A DNA stretch of 64,000 nucleotides from Candidatus Omnitrophota bacterium. GTDB lineage: Bacteria; Omnitrophota; Gorgyraeia; JAHJTE01. The DNA lies in NCBI GenBank assembly GCA_018830005.1, contig JAHJTE010000003.1, forward strand, positions 199,674 to 263,673, written 5' to 3'. The notes under the pieces were generated by a model. It saw nothing but the letters and a program-made list of their open reading frames with translations. It did no database searches and had not been told where the DNA came from. The position numbers and the translations under genes are program-made. This document shows, in pieces, positions 1 to 9,784 of the stretch (positions are counted from its first letter, which is position 1; each line of letters opens with the position of its first letter).

Positions 1-23
1 TTTTCATCAACATTAAAGGATCA

Positions 24-109
24 TCGGAGAGGGTGGGATTTGAACCCACGGTACCTTTCGGTACACGAGTACTCCAGACTCGCGCGCTAGGCCACTACGC
101 GACCTCTCC
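24..109 (-). tRNA. tRNA-Ser (anticodon GGA)
   Basis: Reverse complement gives acceptor GGAGAGG/CCTCTCC, anticodon stem CGAGT/ACTCG with loop CTGGAGT (anticodon GGA), a long variable arm and GGTTCAAATCC in the T-arm. Confidence 0.85.
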
Positions 110-115
110 TGTTTA

Positions 116-601
116 TCAATTATTTAGCGCAGCCTGCTTTAATCTCTGCTTCCTAAAAAATTCTTGAAGCAATGCAGCGCAGTCTTGGCTCAAGATCCCG
201 CTTTTTACCTTAATGCGATGATTTAATTTTGAATTGTTAGCAATATTAAGCGCAGAACCACAAGCGCCTGCTTTAGGATCGGCTGCTCCGAAGAATACTT
301 CTTTAATACGTGCCAAAACCAATGCTCCGGCACACATAGAACAGGGCTCTATAGTAACATACATAGAACATTTTTTCAGCCATTTGGCCTTAAAGAAATT
401 AGTCGCAGCTGTCAAGGCAATCATCTCTGCATGTGCTGTTGGATCGTGCAAAAGTTCGACCTGATTGCAGGCTCGAGAGATAATCTTATCCTCATAGACA
501 ATAAGCGCTCCTACTGGCACATCCTCATGTCCGCTGGCCTTCTTTGCCTCTCTCAAAGCCTGGTGCATAAAAAGTTCATGTATTTTCTTCACTTCATTCA
601 T
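116..601 (-). CDS. tadA: tRNA-specific adenosine deaminase (CDA-fold zinc deaminase)
   Basis: 161 aa with the zinc-binding motifs HAEMIAL and PCSMCAGAL typical of TadA/CMP-dCMP deaminase fold. Confidence 0.85.
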   Translation of the reverse strand: MNEVKKIHELFMHQALREAKKASGHEDVPVGALIVYEDKIISRACNQVELLHDPTAHAEMIALTAATNFFKAKWLKKCSMYVTIEPCSMCAGALVLARIKEVFFGAADPKAGACGSALNIANNSKLNHRIKVKSGILSQDCAALLQEFFRKQRLKQAALNN

Positions 602-613
602 CCTATCATAAAA

Positions 614-687
614 CGCGCCCAGTAGGATTCGAACCTACAACAACCAGTTCCGTAGACTGGTGCTCTATCCAATTGAGCCATGGGCGC
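614..687 (-). tRNA. tRNA-Arg (anticodon ACG)
   Basis: Acceptor GCGCCCA/TGGGCGC, anticodon stem CCAGT/ACTGG with loop CTACGGA, T-arm GGTTCGAATCC. Confidence 0.85.
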
Positions 688-764
688 ATTTGTCTCTATT
701 AATATTGATTATATTACATCGTTTGTCAAATTTTTACAAGTCTAAACTAGACAGGCGGAAATAA

Positions 765-3755
765 TCAAGGAATTAACTTAAGATAATCTTCTAGGAATCT
801 CTCCTCTTTAGAATTTCTTTCTAGTCTGTACAACTCTTTTGCTTTTTGTAAGCTATCTCTTGCTTGCTCGAAAAGCCCGCCTGCCTTTTTCAAATTTCCC
901 TTGATCTCTTCGATTTGTGCCAAGTCTCTATAAGACTGTCCAAGATATCTATAGGCAGAGGCCTCATCAGGGTTTAATTGTATAGCCTTTTTCAAGTAGG
1001 CTATAGCCTGCCCTCTTTGTGCAGCGCCAGGAGAATAATAGAGTCCCATTTGAGCTGATTCCCTATAAGTTTTACCTAGTAGTACGTAGGTTTGAGCAAG
1101 ATAATTATAGATAACAGAAATTTCAGGATCTAACTCTATAGCTTTTTTAAAGTTAATTTCTGCCTGTTCATACAGTTCTTTGGCCTTCAATAAATCTCCA
1201 TCTCTATACTTGAATCCACCCAATACCTTGTAAGCCTGAGCAAGGTTACAACAAGAACTGCTATTTTTAGGGTCTAACTCTACAGATTTTTTAAAGTAAA
1301 TCTCTTCTCGCTCATGCAGCTCTTTGGCTTTCACTAAATCTCCCCTAGCTTCTTCAACCTCGCTTAATTCCCTGTAGCTACTGCCGGTCAAAAAGTAAGC
1401 CTCACTGTCTCCTGGATTTAATTGGAGGGCTTTCTCAAAATAAGGTATGGCCTGTTTCTTTCTGCCTGAATAATAGTAAACACCACCAAGACCAACATAG
1501 GCCTCGGCATAATTAGGGTTTATTTCCATGGCCGCCTTGTATTCTTTAATCGCCCGTTCATGATCTCCTGTCTGAAAATCTTCCAAAAAATACTTATCAC
1601 CTTTAAACAAATGAATGACATAATCTTTATCTATGACTGCCTTATTAAGATCCTTTAGTACCTTTAATGCCCTTTTAGAAGCAGCGCTTAATCTGTTGTT
1701 TTCTACATTTTTTTTATACTGCTTTCGTGCCTCTTTGAATTTACCCTCAGAGGCGTAATCTATAGCTATTACCAAATCAGATTGATCAACTCCAGAAATA
1801 TAACCTAGACGGTTCTCATCTCTTTTAATAAGGATATTACTACTGACCAGAATAAACAGAGACAAAACAAACAACAGTAAGACTATCTTAAAGCTAGATA
1901 ATCTCCTTCCTCCTATTAAATTATTAAATTCCGCTGCAGTCCTGCTACGGGTCTTCAATAATAAAATTATAATAAATAAAAATGTTATTAAACTTATAGT
2001 CGATCCGATTATAAAGCTATCAGATAAATAATAAAACTCTATTTCTTTATCTTCTGGAGTAATTACAGTCCCCACCAATCCATTTAGTGATACTGTCTTA
2101 TAGTCCCTGCCTCCTTTTATTTTCCATCCAGAATTGTAATTCTGATTGAACACTAAATAACCTTTACTTAACGCATTAACATCTACCCTGACCCTGTTGG
2201 GTGACCATTTGCTAATCTGTACTTCACCTTGTGTCCCTCTAAGGTAAACCTCTCCTTTGTAATTATTAGAATGCATTGAGGCGACATTCGTAGGTACAAA
2301 AAGTGGTTCGTATGCATTTATAACTCCGATGTTACACAAAAAACCAGGATATAATCCCCATCCATCATCCTTATAGTAGAAAAAATTTCTATTTGAGCTG
2401 ATACAAAAATCTTCCTCATATAGTAATACGGTTGTTTCAACCTGTCGAAAGGTATCACTTTTTAGTGTTTTTAGTGGAGGAAATGGAAAGGCATCTTTTA
2501 ATACGTCTGAATTAACTAACATAAGGTCAACTAAAACAACAAACAGGATGGTCAGCATAATAAATCGCACTATGAATCTATTGACAATAATGCGTCTAAT
2601 ATACAAACTCACTGCATCAAACCCAAATCCAGCAAAAATTGATAAACATAACATAAACACGAACCGAAATCGTTGCGCCACCCGCATTGAGTTATATATC
2701 GGCAGACGATGAAGCAGTTCCCAAAGACTAAACGGGATACGATTACCAAAACCAAGCCATAGAAAGATTAGAAAAGACAATACCAAAACTATTCTCTTTT
2801 TGAAGAATAGCCCCAGTCCAATCAAAAACAGCAGAAACGGAATTATCCCAACATACATACCATTCTCATCCATAGCATAGCTGACACCATTAATAAAACC
2901 AGACATGCCTTCTGGGAGTTTAGCTATCGCAGCTAAGGATTGATCACGACTAAATAAACCAAAACGTAAAGAATTTAGACTGAAACCATCGTATTCAGTA
3001 GTAAATCGATAGCGTTGCAACACAAGCTCTTGAAAAGGAAGAGATTTAACGGCGCTTAAACAAGAGACGATAATCAAAATAATGACTAGAGTCTTTAGTG
3101 CTCTAATTAATCTATGTTGCCTACACAATACAGATAAAAAAGAATGCGCTGCGATAAAAGTTAAAGTAATAATTAATACTTGAACTCCGCCAGCAAAGAA
3201 CATTAACACGCAAAATAAACTACTTAAAAAGACGTATTTTAAATTAGAAAATGATTCCAAATAGTAAAGAATTGCCCATGGTATAAAGGCTATCGTCAAA
3301 AAGGTACTCATTCCTGCAGTAATGCTTAAGGCATACATGCTGCTAAGCATGAAAACAAAAGAAGATAGGACTGCTGCAGCCTGACTCTGTCTATAATATC
3401 GTGCTAGGCGAAAAACGCCAAACATTCCAATAACAAGATGCAGCCAAATTTCTATCTTTATGCCCCTTATAACGCCGAATAGTAAAACTAAAAGAAATGC
3501 TGGAGAAAGGAATGTTGACTGAGGATTTGCCAATAAATCCATTCCACCACAATAATATGGATTCCATAGAGGGAACTGATGATATTTTAGAATAGTAGCC
3601 CTGGGGACGGCATTATAAAACAAATGCTGATCCCAATCTTGAATACCCCAATTATCGAAATTATGAAATACAGGAAGGGTAAAAATAAACGCAATTAGAG
3701 AAAATAACAAAATTATACTTAATTTGCTTTTATAGAAGTCAGGAATATTAATCAT
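765..3755 (-). CDS. Large polytopic membrane protein (about 690 aa, many TM helices) with C-terminal TPR repeats; possibly a GT-C-fold glycosyltransferase-like protein
   Basis: 996-aa ORF. The N-terminal two-thirds is hydrophobic. The C-terminal third has repeated TPR-like segments such as AYxxLGxxY..G..EAI. No catalytic motif was identified. Confidence 0.5.
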   Translation of the reverse strand: MINIPDFYKSKLSIILLFSLIAFIFTLPVFHNFDNWGIQDWDQHLFYNAVPRATILKYHQFPLWNPYYCGGMDLLANPQSTFLSPAFLLVLLFGVIRGIKIEIWLHLVIGMFGVFRLARYYRQSQAAAVLSSFVFMLSSMYALSITAGMSTFLTIAFIPWAILYYLESFSNLKYVFLSSLFCVLMFFAGGVQVLIITLTFIAAHSFLSVLCRQHRLIRALKTLVIILIIVSCLSAVKSLPFQELVLQRYRFTTEYDGFSLNSLRFGLFSRDQSLAAIAKLPEGMSGFINGVSYAMDENGMYVGIIPFLLFLIGLGLFFKKRIVLVLSFLIFLWLGFGNRIPFSLWELLHRLPIYNSMRVAQRFRFVFMLCLSIFAGFGFDAVSLYIRRIIVNRFIVRFIMLTILFVVLVDLMLVNSDVLKDAFPFPPLKTLKSDTFRQVETTVLLYEEDFCISSNRNFFYYKDDGWGLYPGFLCNIGVINAYEPLFVPTNVASMHSNNYKGEVYLRGTQGEVQISKWSPNRVRVDVNALSKGYLVFNQNYNSGWKIKGGRDYKTVSLNGLVGTVITPEDKEIEFYYLSDSFIIGSTISLITFLFIIILLLKTRSRTAAEFNNLIGGRRLSSFKIVLLLFVLSLFILVSSNILIKRDENRLGYISGVDQSDLVIAIDYASEGKFKEARKQYKKNVENNRLSAASKRALKVLKDLNKAVIDKDYVIHLFKGDKYFLEDFQTGDHERAIKEYKAAMEINPNYAEAYVGLGGVYYYSGRKKQAIPYFEKALQLNPGDSEAYFLTGSSYRELSEVEEARGDLVKAKELHEREEIYFKKSVELDPKNSSSCCNLAQAYKVLGGFKYRDGDLLKAKELYEQAEINFKKAIELDPEISVIYNYLAQTYVLLGKTYRESAQMGLYYSPGAAQRGQAIAYLKKAIQLNPDEASAYRYLGQSYRDLAQIEEIKGNLKKAGGLFEQARDSLQKAKELYRLERNSKEERFLEDYLKLIP

Positions 3756-3875
3756 TTACTCTTACCTGGGCCTCGATAACCCTATTTAATAACCCTATTG
3801 CCCTTCCCTCATAGATAGACCTTATTAACTAGAGTAAATATAGCTAGTGGTATCTTATTTTTTTAATAATTTTTC

Positions 3876-5606
3876 CTATTTAAAATCGCTAATCTGATAA
3901 GCAACCACTTTATTATCTTCGTATATTTTATTTAAAGAAAAAACATCTTTTATATACTTATGAACTGGGCTATCTAGATATGGTGCATGAATTATAATAT
4001 ATTTTACCTTAAAGAAGTTTTTGAAATTTTCTGCCATCTTCTGTTCTTCAATAATATCTGCGGGAAAAACATAATCTTTCTTATGCTGTAGGTTTATGAT
4101 GCTACTGATAACCGGCAGATTACTGTAATAATCTACTCTATTGTCAGGAAACCTTGAGACAAGACCGCCAAATGTCCGTTTTTCATGGATAGTTTGAAAA
4201 TACATAATATATGTGCTATCGGCACCGAGTAATTGAAAGCTATTCTGCCATCCTAGCGGTATCTCTAAAACAGTAATATCCTCCTCATCTTCTCTGATAT
4301 GCTCATAAACAGAAGGGGCCTTTGTGTATTGCATGGGAATTTTCGACAGATACTCAAATGAGATTAATGCTATTACAGCAAGAGCGACAAAAGTCTTTTG
4401 CGATGCTTTTTTCAATCTATCAAAGATAAAACTCAGGAAAAAAGACGATAAAATTGCACAATTTAATATAGCCATTATGATAAACCGCCCTGGGGCCCTA
4501 AGATTCTTTATAAGTGGGAAAAAATAAATAATGAAAAAAGGAAGAGGGACAATGGTCTTTCTGCCTCCGACATGAAGATATAGACCTAACGATAGTAAAA
4601 GAAATATAATAAGAGTAAGAGACCAAAATTTAACTTCTCTTTTTTTGTAAAATTTAATTATTGCTAAAACTGTCAAAATAATAACAGTAAAGCCAAGAAA
4701 AGCCATTTTTTCTCCGGAGTTAAATCCTAGATATCTTCCCATAAGGAAATGTTGGTCCGAGGAAACAAAAAAACTAAATAAATCTGCAGCGTAAAGAGCT
4801 TCTTTTAGACCTCTTGGTTCAGTACGGCCTTCTTTAATTGTATAGCTAATTGAAGATATTAGAATAGGTAGAAAAAGTATAAAGAAAGTTATAATGAGTG
4901 CTAAAAAATTTTTAAGGAATAAGGAATTTAAGATAAGTTTCCTATCTGATAAACGTACATATACCAGATAAAATCCTGTAAAAATAATCAAAAAAACAAA
5001 ATAATAATAGGCGGATAAGGCATTAAATAACAAGAAAAGCCCGGCTAAAATCCCATTATATAATCTAGCTTCCTTCTCCTTCGTCATGCGAATTAGAAAA
5101 AGGATATAGAATGGAATCCATTGAGTAGTTACTAAGTCCATATGGCCTAACAGGTGCACAAATTTATATGGACAGAATGCAAAAATAATACCACCAATAA
5201 ATGATGCCAGTTTGTTACGCGTAAGATAGTTTATTAATAAATAAGCTCCTAGGCCTGAGAGGACAAAGCTTAACACAGCAATGATGTTATATGAAATAGT
5301 TAAGCCAAAGAGTAATTGCAGGGGAATAGACATCAATCCATTCAAGAATGTAAATTCATGTAAGGCTAAATTTATACCCTGAGGATAGAAAATATAGTCT
5401 GTATAGAAAGGATTTGTCTTAAGATCTAGTAGGGCAAATTTTACCCACCATAGATTCCAAAGAAAAAGCGCAGCCTCTCCCTTATCGCCGACAATTGCCC
5501 TAGAGAAATTAGCAGCCAAAGGATAGGTAAAAAAGACAGTTAAAATTAAATATCCGATTAAGACTAGACAAATTATTGTTAATGGCTTCTTGAAGATTCT
5601 ATACAT
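3876..5606 (-). CDS. Polytopic integral membrane protein (GT-C / ArnT-PMT-like or YfhO-like topology), function unknown
   Basis: 576 aa with more than 10 predicted TM segments. It lies next to the TPR-containing membrane protein at 765..3755. Confidence 0.45.
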   Translation of the reverse strand: MYRIFKKPLTIICLVLIGYLILTVFFTYPLAANFSRAIVGDKGEAALFLWNLWWVKFALLDLKTNPFYTDYIFYPQGINLALHEFTFLNGLMSIPLQLLFGLTISYNIIAVLSFVLSGLGAYLLINYLTRNKLASFIGGIIFAFCPYKFVHLLGHMDLVTTQWIPFYILFLIRMTKEKEARLYNGILAGLFLLFNALSAYYYFVFLIIFTGFYLVYVRLSDRKLILNSLFLKNFLALIITFFILFLPILISSISYTIKEGRTEPRGLKEALYAADLFSFFVSSDQHFLMGRYLGFNSGEKMAFLGFTVIILTVLAIIKFYKKREVKFWSLTLIIFLLLSLGLYLHVGGRKTIVPLPFFIIYFFPLIKNLRAPGRFIIMAILNCAILSSFFLSFIFDRLKKASQKTFVALAVIALISFEYLSKIPMQYTKAPSVYEHIREDEEDITVLEIPLGWQNSFQLLGADSTYIMYFQTIHEKRTFGGLVSRFPDNRVDYYSNLPVISSIINLQHKKDYVFPADIIEEQKMAENFKNFFKVKYIIIHAPYLDSPVHKYIKDVFSLNKIYEDNKVVAYQISDFK

Positions 5607-5716
5607 TTCTTTTATCCAATCATCCTACATTGGAAACAAAAAAGCAACTTTCAAACTTAGAAAGTTGCCTCTTCTGCATTAAGCTGTCCACATTATATAT
5701 TACCACTTTATATCTT

Positions 5717-6598
5717 CTACCAAATTAGCGATACTTTAAGGCCATATTCCTTAGTTCTGTTTGCCGGTTCATAGCCTGCACTAACAACTGTACCAGAAAC
5801 TGTAATCAATGCCAGATTAGAATCTTCGATCTCCCAGTAGCGGAAAAATGGTTCTATCGATAGTTGGAATTTTTCATTGATTTTCTTTTTTAAATAAACT
5901 GAACCACGCACGCCATAACCATTATCCTGCTCATTCCTTAAATCGTTAAGGCTGGCGTCGACATCGCTAAGATGACTCTTTACAACGCCGGACCAGAAGA
6001 TATCGTATTCTGCCCGCACACCCCATGTCCAATCCTGGCCCAAGGGAGTCGACGTCTCAAAACCAACAGGGCTATAAAGATACGTTATCTCGCGTTCGTA
6101 TGCATAGATAGATTCAAGCTGGTCATTCAAATAGCGATATCCGAATCCAACAAAAGGAGTTATAGTAGAATCTGCTCTTTGAAAATCCCGACCTAATAGG
6201 CCTCGAATTTCAGCAGTATAATCGTCTCCTTCATCTGTATGGGGGGTACCGTTACTTAAAGAACCATCGTAATCAACACGGCCGTATGCAAAGCGTCCTT
6301 CTACACGACTTATTAGACAATCGCTTTTTGAACGACGCGTAAGTACACCGAACACACCATAGAAATCGCCTTCATCTTCTATATTTATGGGCGGTTCTTC
6401 ATAACTAAAAGAGGTATATTCTGAACCCATCTCAAAATCATAGCTAATTTCAAGGCCTGCTATAGCTTCTTCCTCGCTATAAACCTGGCCCCTTTTCTCT
6501 ATTTGATCCAATAAATTCTCTACCCCTTTTCTCTCTTGAGCATAGGATAGAGAAGCAATAAAAATTAACAAAAATACTGCTATACCGAATCCTCTCAT
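5717..6598 (-). CDS. Secreted outer-membrane beta-barrel-like protein
   Basis: Signal peptide MRGFGIAVFLLIFIASLSYAQ, with the likely true start at 6598 preceded by AGGAGGGAGT. Alternating aromatic and Gly-rich beta-strand composition. C-terminal ...KVSLIW with a terminal aromatic residue, typical of OMPs. Confidence 0.5.
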   Translation of the reverse strand: MRGFGIAVFLLIFIASLSYAQERKGVENLLDQIEKRGQVYSEEEAIAGLEISYDFEMGSEYTSFSYEEPPINIEDEGDFYGVFGVLTRRSKSDCLISRVEGRFAYGRVDYDGSLSNGTPHTDEGDDYTAEIRGLLGRDFQRADSTITPFVGFGYRYLNDQLESIYAYEREITYLYSPVGFETSTPLGQDWTWGVRAEYDIFWSGVVKSHLSDVDASLNDLRNEQDNGYGVRGSVYLKKKINEKFQLSIEPFFRYWEIEDSNLALITVSGTVVSAGYEPANRTKEYGLKVSLIW

Positions 6599-6705
6599 AC
6601 TCCCTCCTATATAGTCTCTTTTAATTATATCATCAATCGCCAAAGAGAAAAATCAAATTTGCAGAATTATTGCTAGAGAAAAATGGTAGGAACCAAAAGG
6701 TATGG

Positions 6706-6796
6706 CGGAGAGACTGGGATTCGAACCCAGGGGTCCGCTTGTGGCAAACCAATCGCTTAGCAGGCGACTCCATTAGACCAACTCTGGCATCTCTCC
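6706..6796 (-). tRNA. tRNA-Ser (anticodon GCT)
   Basis: Acceptor GGAGAGA/TCTCTCC, anticodon loop CTGCTAA, long variable arm, GGTTCGAATCC. Confidence 0.8.
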
Positions 6797-6884
6797 GATT
6801 TTATACACAGATCATCGCAGATGCTATAGAAAATGTGTCAAAATTGTATCATAATTAAAGGATTTAAGCAAGCTGGGAACTGTT

Positions 6885-7034
6885 CTATTTCCTCTTCAGC
6901 TTCATCTGTTCGCCGCAGCAAATAACATCACACTCTTCAACACAGCCGCATATATTATCAACCTTCAAAATAAGTCCACATACGTTACAAGTTATTTTTT
7001 TGTCTTTTGAGATTCTCTTTTTAGTTTTTACCAT
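6885..7034 (-). CDS. Unannotated small Cys-rich protein (49 aa, 8 Cys): MVKTKKRISKDKKITCNVCGLILKVDNICGCVEECDVICCGEQMKLKRK
   Basis: Translated by hand. Strong SD AAGGAG lies 8 nt upstream of ATG. It sits between two tRNA-Ser genes. The CxxC..CxC..C..CC spacing suggests a metal-binding or zinc-ribbon-like peptide. Confidence 0.5.
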   Translation of the reverse strand: MVKTKKRISKDKKITCNVCGLILKVDNICGCVEECDVICCGEQMKLKRK

Positions 7035-7087
7035 TTTCTGTCTCCTTCTAATAACCAATATCTAATCCCTCTAAATTAAAAGATTAT

Positions 7088-7175
7088 CGGAGAGGGTGGG
7101 ATTCGAACCCACGTGAGACTTACGTCCCAACCGCTTTTCGAGAGCGGCCTGTTATGACCACTTCAGTACCTCTCC
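7088..7175 (-). tRNA. tRNA-Ser (anticodon CGA)
   Basis: Acceptor GGAGAGG/CCTCTCC, anticodon stem CCGCT/AGCGG with loop CTCGAAA, long variable arm, GGTTCGAATCC. Confidence 0.85.
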
Positions 7176-7221
7176 AAAATTTATACATAAATTTCGGATC
7201 TTAAGGTAGACGAGGGAGCTC

Positions 7222-7830
7222 CTATTTTTTCCTCACAAACAATAGCGGAAATACTATATCACTTATACAACAGGGTATCCAGACGGCAAGAAATATAAAC
7301 AGAAAGATAAACACATATGAGAGCCAACCTAAAGTACCGCTCATTGCCATAATAACATGAAAAAGCGAAGCCCAGGTACTTAACAATACGTGGCCAAAAT
7401 GAGGAAACTTAGTTGCTGGTTTAAAATAAGCTATTGCTATACCTAAAATTGCCGAGGGATTAACTAACCACCACTCTTCTATAAAACCTAAATGGACGTC
7501 CCTTGCTGGCAGGTTAAGCAAGGTTTCTCCTAGATACGGAATCAAGGAATCACTTAAAGTAGCTATACCAACAGAACCCACATAACCGATAATAAATAAA
7601 GTCCCTAAATTACATTTCGCTCGATTAACGCTGCATCTATAGAATTCATACATCGAAGCAGTAACAATGGCGCTTAAAACAACGTGAATCGGATGAAGTA
7701 TATAAAAGACATTGTAAGAAACCTGCTGAGGCAATTTATGAGCAAACAACATAACGATTATTCCAGTAAGCGCCCCAAAAAATGTAAACGGTGCATGATG
7801 CCTTAATTCTTCAATTATTTTATTAAACAT
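7222..7830 (-). CDS. Integral membrane protein with conserved intramembrane His residues (possible CREST/PAQR-type 7TM hydrolase-like); function unknown
   Basis: 202 aa, about 6–7 TM segments. His-containing segments are RHHAP, ILHPIHVV and FGHVLLSTWASLFHV. SD AAGGAAG lies upstream. Confidence 0.35.
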   Translation of the reverse strand: MFNKIIEELRHHAPFTFFGALTGIIVMLFAHKLPQQVSYNVFYILHPIHVVLSAIVTASMYEFYRCSVNRAKCNLGTLFIIGYVGSVGIATLSDSLIPYLGETLLNLPARDVHLGFIEEWWLVNPSAILGIAIAYFKPATKFPHFGHVLLSTWASLFHVIMAMSGTLGWLSYVFIFLFIFLAVWIPCCISDIVFPLLFVRKK

Positions 7831-8172
7831 TTTCTAAACTTCCTTACTAAATAAATCAAGCCTTTTAGCCTTATTATTATCTAAGATAGAAATTAGTTAC
7901 GGCATGATTTGCTGATCCATAATTTATTAATATTGCTTCTCTTCCGTAAGCTATATATAGAATGGCGGAAAGGAAGGAAGTCTTCTAAGTTAAATTCTCT
8001 AACTCTCGGTAGGATAATAGTTTATAACATAAGTCTTTTATTGTCAAATAATTAACCTTTACATATGTTACACAACTTTATACAACTTTTTCCTGTGTAT
8101 TCACTTTAGATGACCCTGTGAAAATCCCCGATTTTCACAGGATTAGTCCTACACAATTTAATCACAAATAAT

Positions 8173-8754
8173 CTACAAATTCAAAATATAAACTATGCCC
8201 TTTCTTATCATCATAACAGCAATAGCAGCAAGTAGCAGACTTGTAACTTTTGATAGGGCTTTACTTCCTGCTTCGCCTAATCTCTTTATCAAAATCTCTG
8301 ATGACGAGAAGACTAATCCAGCCAAAAGAATGTTAAGAAAAATTGCGATCAATGTTGCAAATAAGCCGTATTCAGGAATAATTATTAAAGAGGTAGTAAG
8401 AACAGCCGGACCAACAATTAAGGGGGTGCCTAAAGGAACTGCTCCTAATTCTTTAGCCGGCAGGCGACGACGCTTACCGGGGCTAAGTATGTCAATTATA
8501 GCTATACAAAATAAAATTGCACCGCCTGCTACCATAAAATCCCCTAGACTTATACCAAGAAATTCAAAAACACCTTTGCCTAAAAATATAAAACCCACGG
8601 CTAAACAAAGAGCAGTTATAATCGATTGAATTATAATCTTGGATTTATCTTCTTTTATTAAACCACGAGTAAGAGAAACAAATATTGGCAACACTCCAAT
8701 TGCATCAACTGCTACAAATATAGGTATAAAAGCTAATAGTATATTTTTAATCAT
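8173..8754 (-). CDS. marC: MarC family (UPF0056) integral membrane protein
   Basis: 193 aa. N-terminal FIPIFVAVDAIGVLPIF matches the MarC signature. Six TM helices. Confidence 0.7.
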   Translation of the reverse strand: MIKNILLAFIPIFVAVDAIGVLPIFVSLTRGLIKEDKSKIIIQSIITALCLAVGFIFLGKGVFEFLGISLGDFMVAGGAILFCIAIIDILSPGKRRRLPAKELGAVPLGTPLIVGPAVLTTSLIIIPEYGLFATLIAIFLNILLAGLVFSSSEILIKRLGEAGSKALSKVTSLLLAAIAVMMIRKGIVYILNL

Positions 8755-9743
8755 CTCTTCTTGTAAACCGTAACTTCGTTTCTTCCATGTCTTTTAGCCA
8801 AATACAAGGCCTTATCTGCATTGGAAATCAAAGTTTCTCTATCTGGATGCTGCTCATTGAGCTCTCCCACGCCTCCGCTAATGGTTACGTTAACCTTTTT
8901 TCTTTTTATACGGAACAAATTATTAGCTATTTTAACTCTTATCCTGTCAGAAATCAACAGGGCTTCTCTTCTTTTGGTTTCGGGAAAAATAATACTAAAT
9001 TCTTCTCCTCCATAACGAAATACGCTATCACTAGAGCGTAAAGACTCCTGCAAAATCTTTCCGATGCCTTTTAAAACTTCGTCTCCAAAAGGATGGCCAA
9101 AATTATCATTAAAATTTTTAAAGTGATCAACATCGAATATGGCAATTGAAAAAGGCCGCTTATATCTTTTTGCTCGCGATATTTCCAAATCCAAAGTATC
9201 CAAAAAATATCTATGGTTATAGCAACCCGTAAGCCCATCTCTAATGGACGTTTCTTTAAGTTTTAAATTTGCGTGTTCTACCTCATCAACATATCCATCT
9301 ATTTTTTCATTCAGCCTCTTATAATATGCCTCTGATAATTCAAATAATGTATCAATCATAATGCTACTTACTCTCTCTATTGATCCTTCTGGCACTCTTG
9401 CCTTCTTTTGCCACTGCTCTATCATCGGCCTTACAGACTCATAAAATGAGTAGTAAGCCCGCTGTACTTCAGAAAGCCTAAATCCCTGAGAACTGCGAAG
9501 TTGGCTAAGCTTTTCTAAAAACATGCGTAGTTTCAAGAAATTATTTTTTTCTAGAATCTCAATGAATGCAGATAAAAATTCAGAACATAAATCATGCAAT
9601 TCAGACTTCGATACATTAGAATAACTTCCGCCTTGCGCCTGAATAAGCTTAATCCAATTAGACAATATTTCTGTCTTTTCAGAAGAGATTAACTTTGATA
9701 ACCCTTTTGGATTAACTTCATTTTTTTTGTTTTTTACTCTCAC
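8751..9743 (-). CDS. Diguanylate cyclase (GGDEF domain) with N-terminal helical sensor domain
   Basis: Active-site RYGGEEF, a putative RxxD I-site (RSSD) upstream, and GLTGCYNHRYF at the start of the GGDEF domain. Confidence 0.85.
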   Translation of the reverse strand: MRVKNKKNEVNPKGLSKLISSEKTEILSNWIKLIQAQGGSYSNVSKSELHDLCSEFLSAFIEILEKNNFLKLRMFLEKLSQLRSSQGFRLSEVQRAYYSFYESVRPMIEQWQKKARVPEGSIERVSSIMIDTLFELSEAYYKRLNEKIDGYVDEVEHANLKLKETSIRDGLTGCYNHRYFLDTLDLEISRAKRYKRPFSIAIFDVDHFKNFNDNFGHPFGDEVLKGIGKILQESLRSSDSVFRYGGEEFSIIFPETKRREALLISDRIRVKIANNLFRIKRKKVNVTISGGVGELNEQHPDRETLISNADKALYLAKRHGRNEVTVYKKR

Positions 9744-9784
9744 GTTAAGACCCTCTAAAATAAAAGCCTAATTTATTTTTAAGC

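Noticed and set aside
6670-6858. Plus-strand 62-aa ORF
   Set aside because: It overlaps tRNA-Ser(GCT) on the opposite strand and has no RBS. It is an artefact of the stable tRNA sequence.
8111-8141. Interpretation of the 12-bp palindrome as an intrinsic terminator of marC
   Set aside because: No U-rich tract follows the hairpin on either strand. It is retained only as an unexplained palindrome.
8195-8629. Plus-strand 144-aa ORF antisense to marC
   Set aside because: It is completely embedded in the MarC coding region on the opposite strand. The Pro/Arg-rich translation is typical of an antisense frame.
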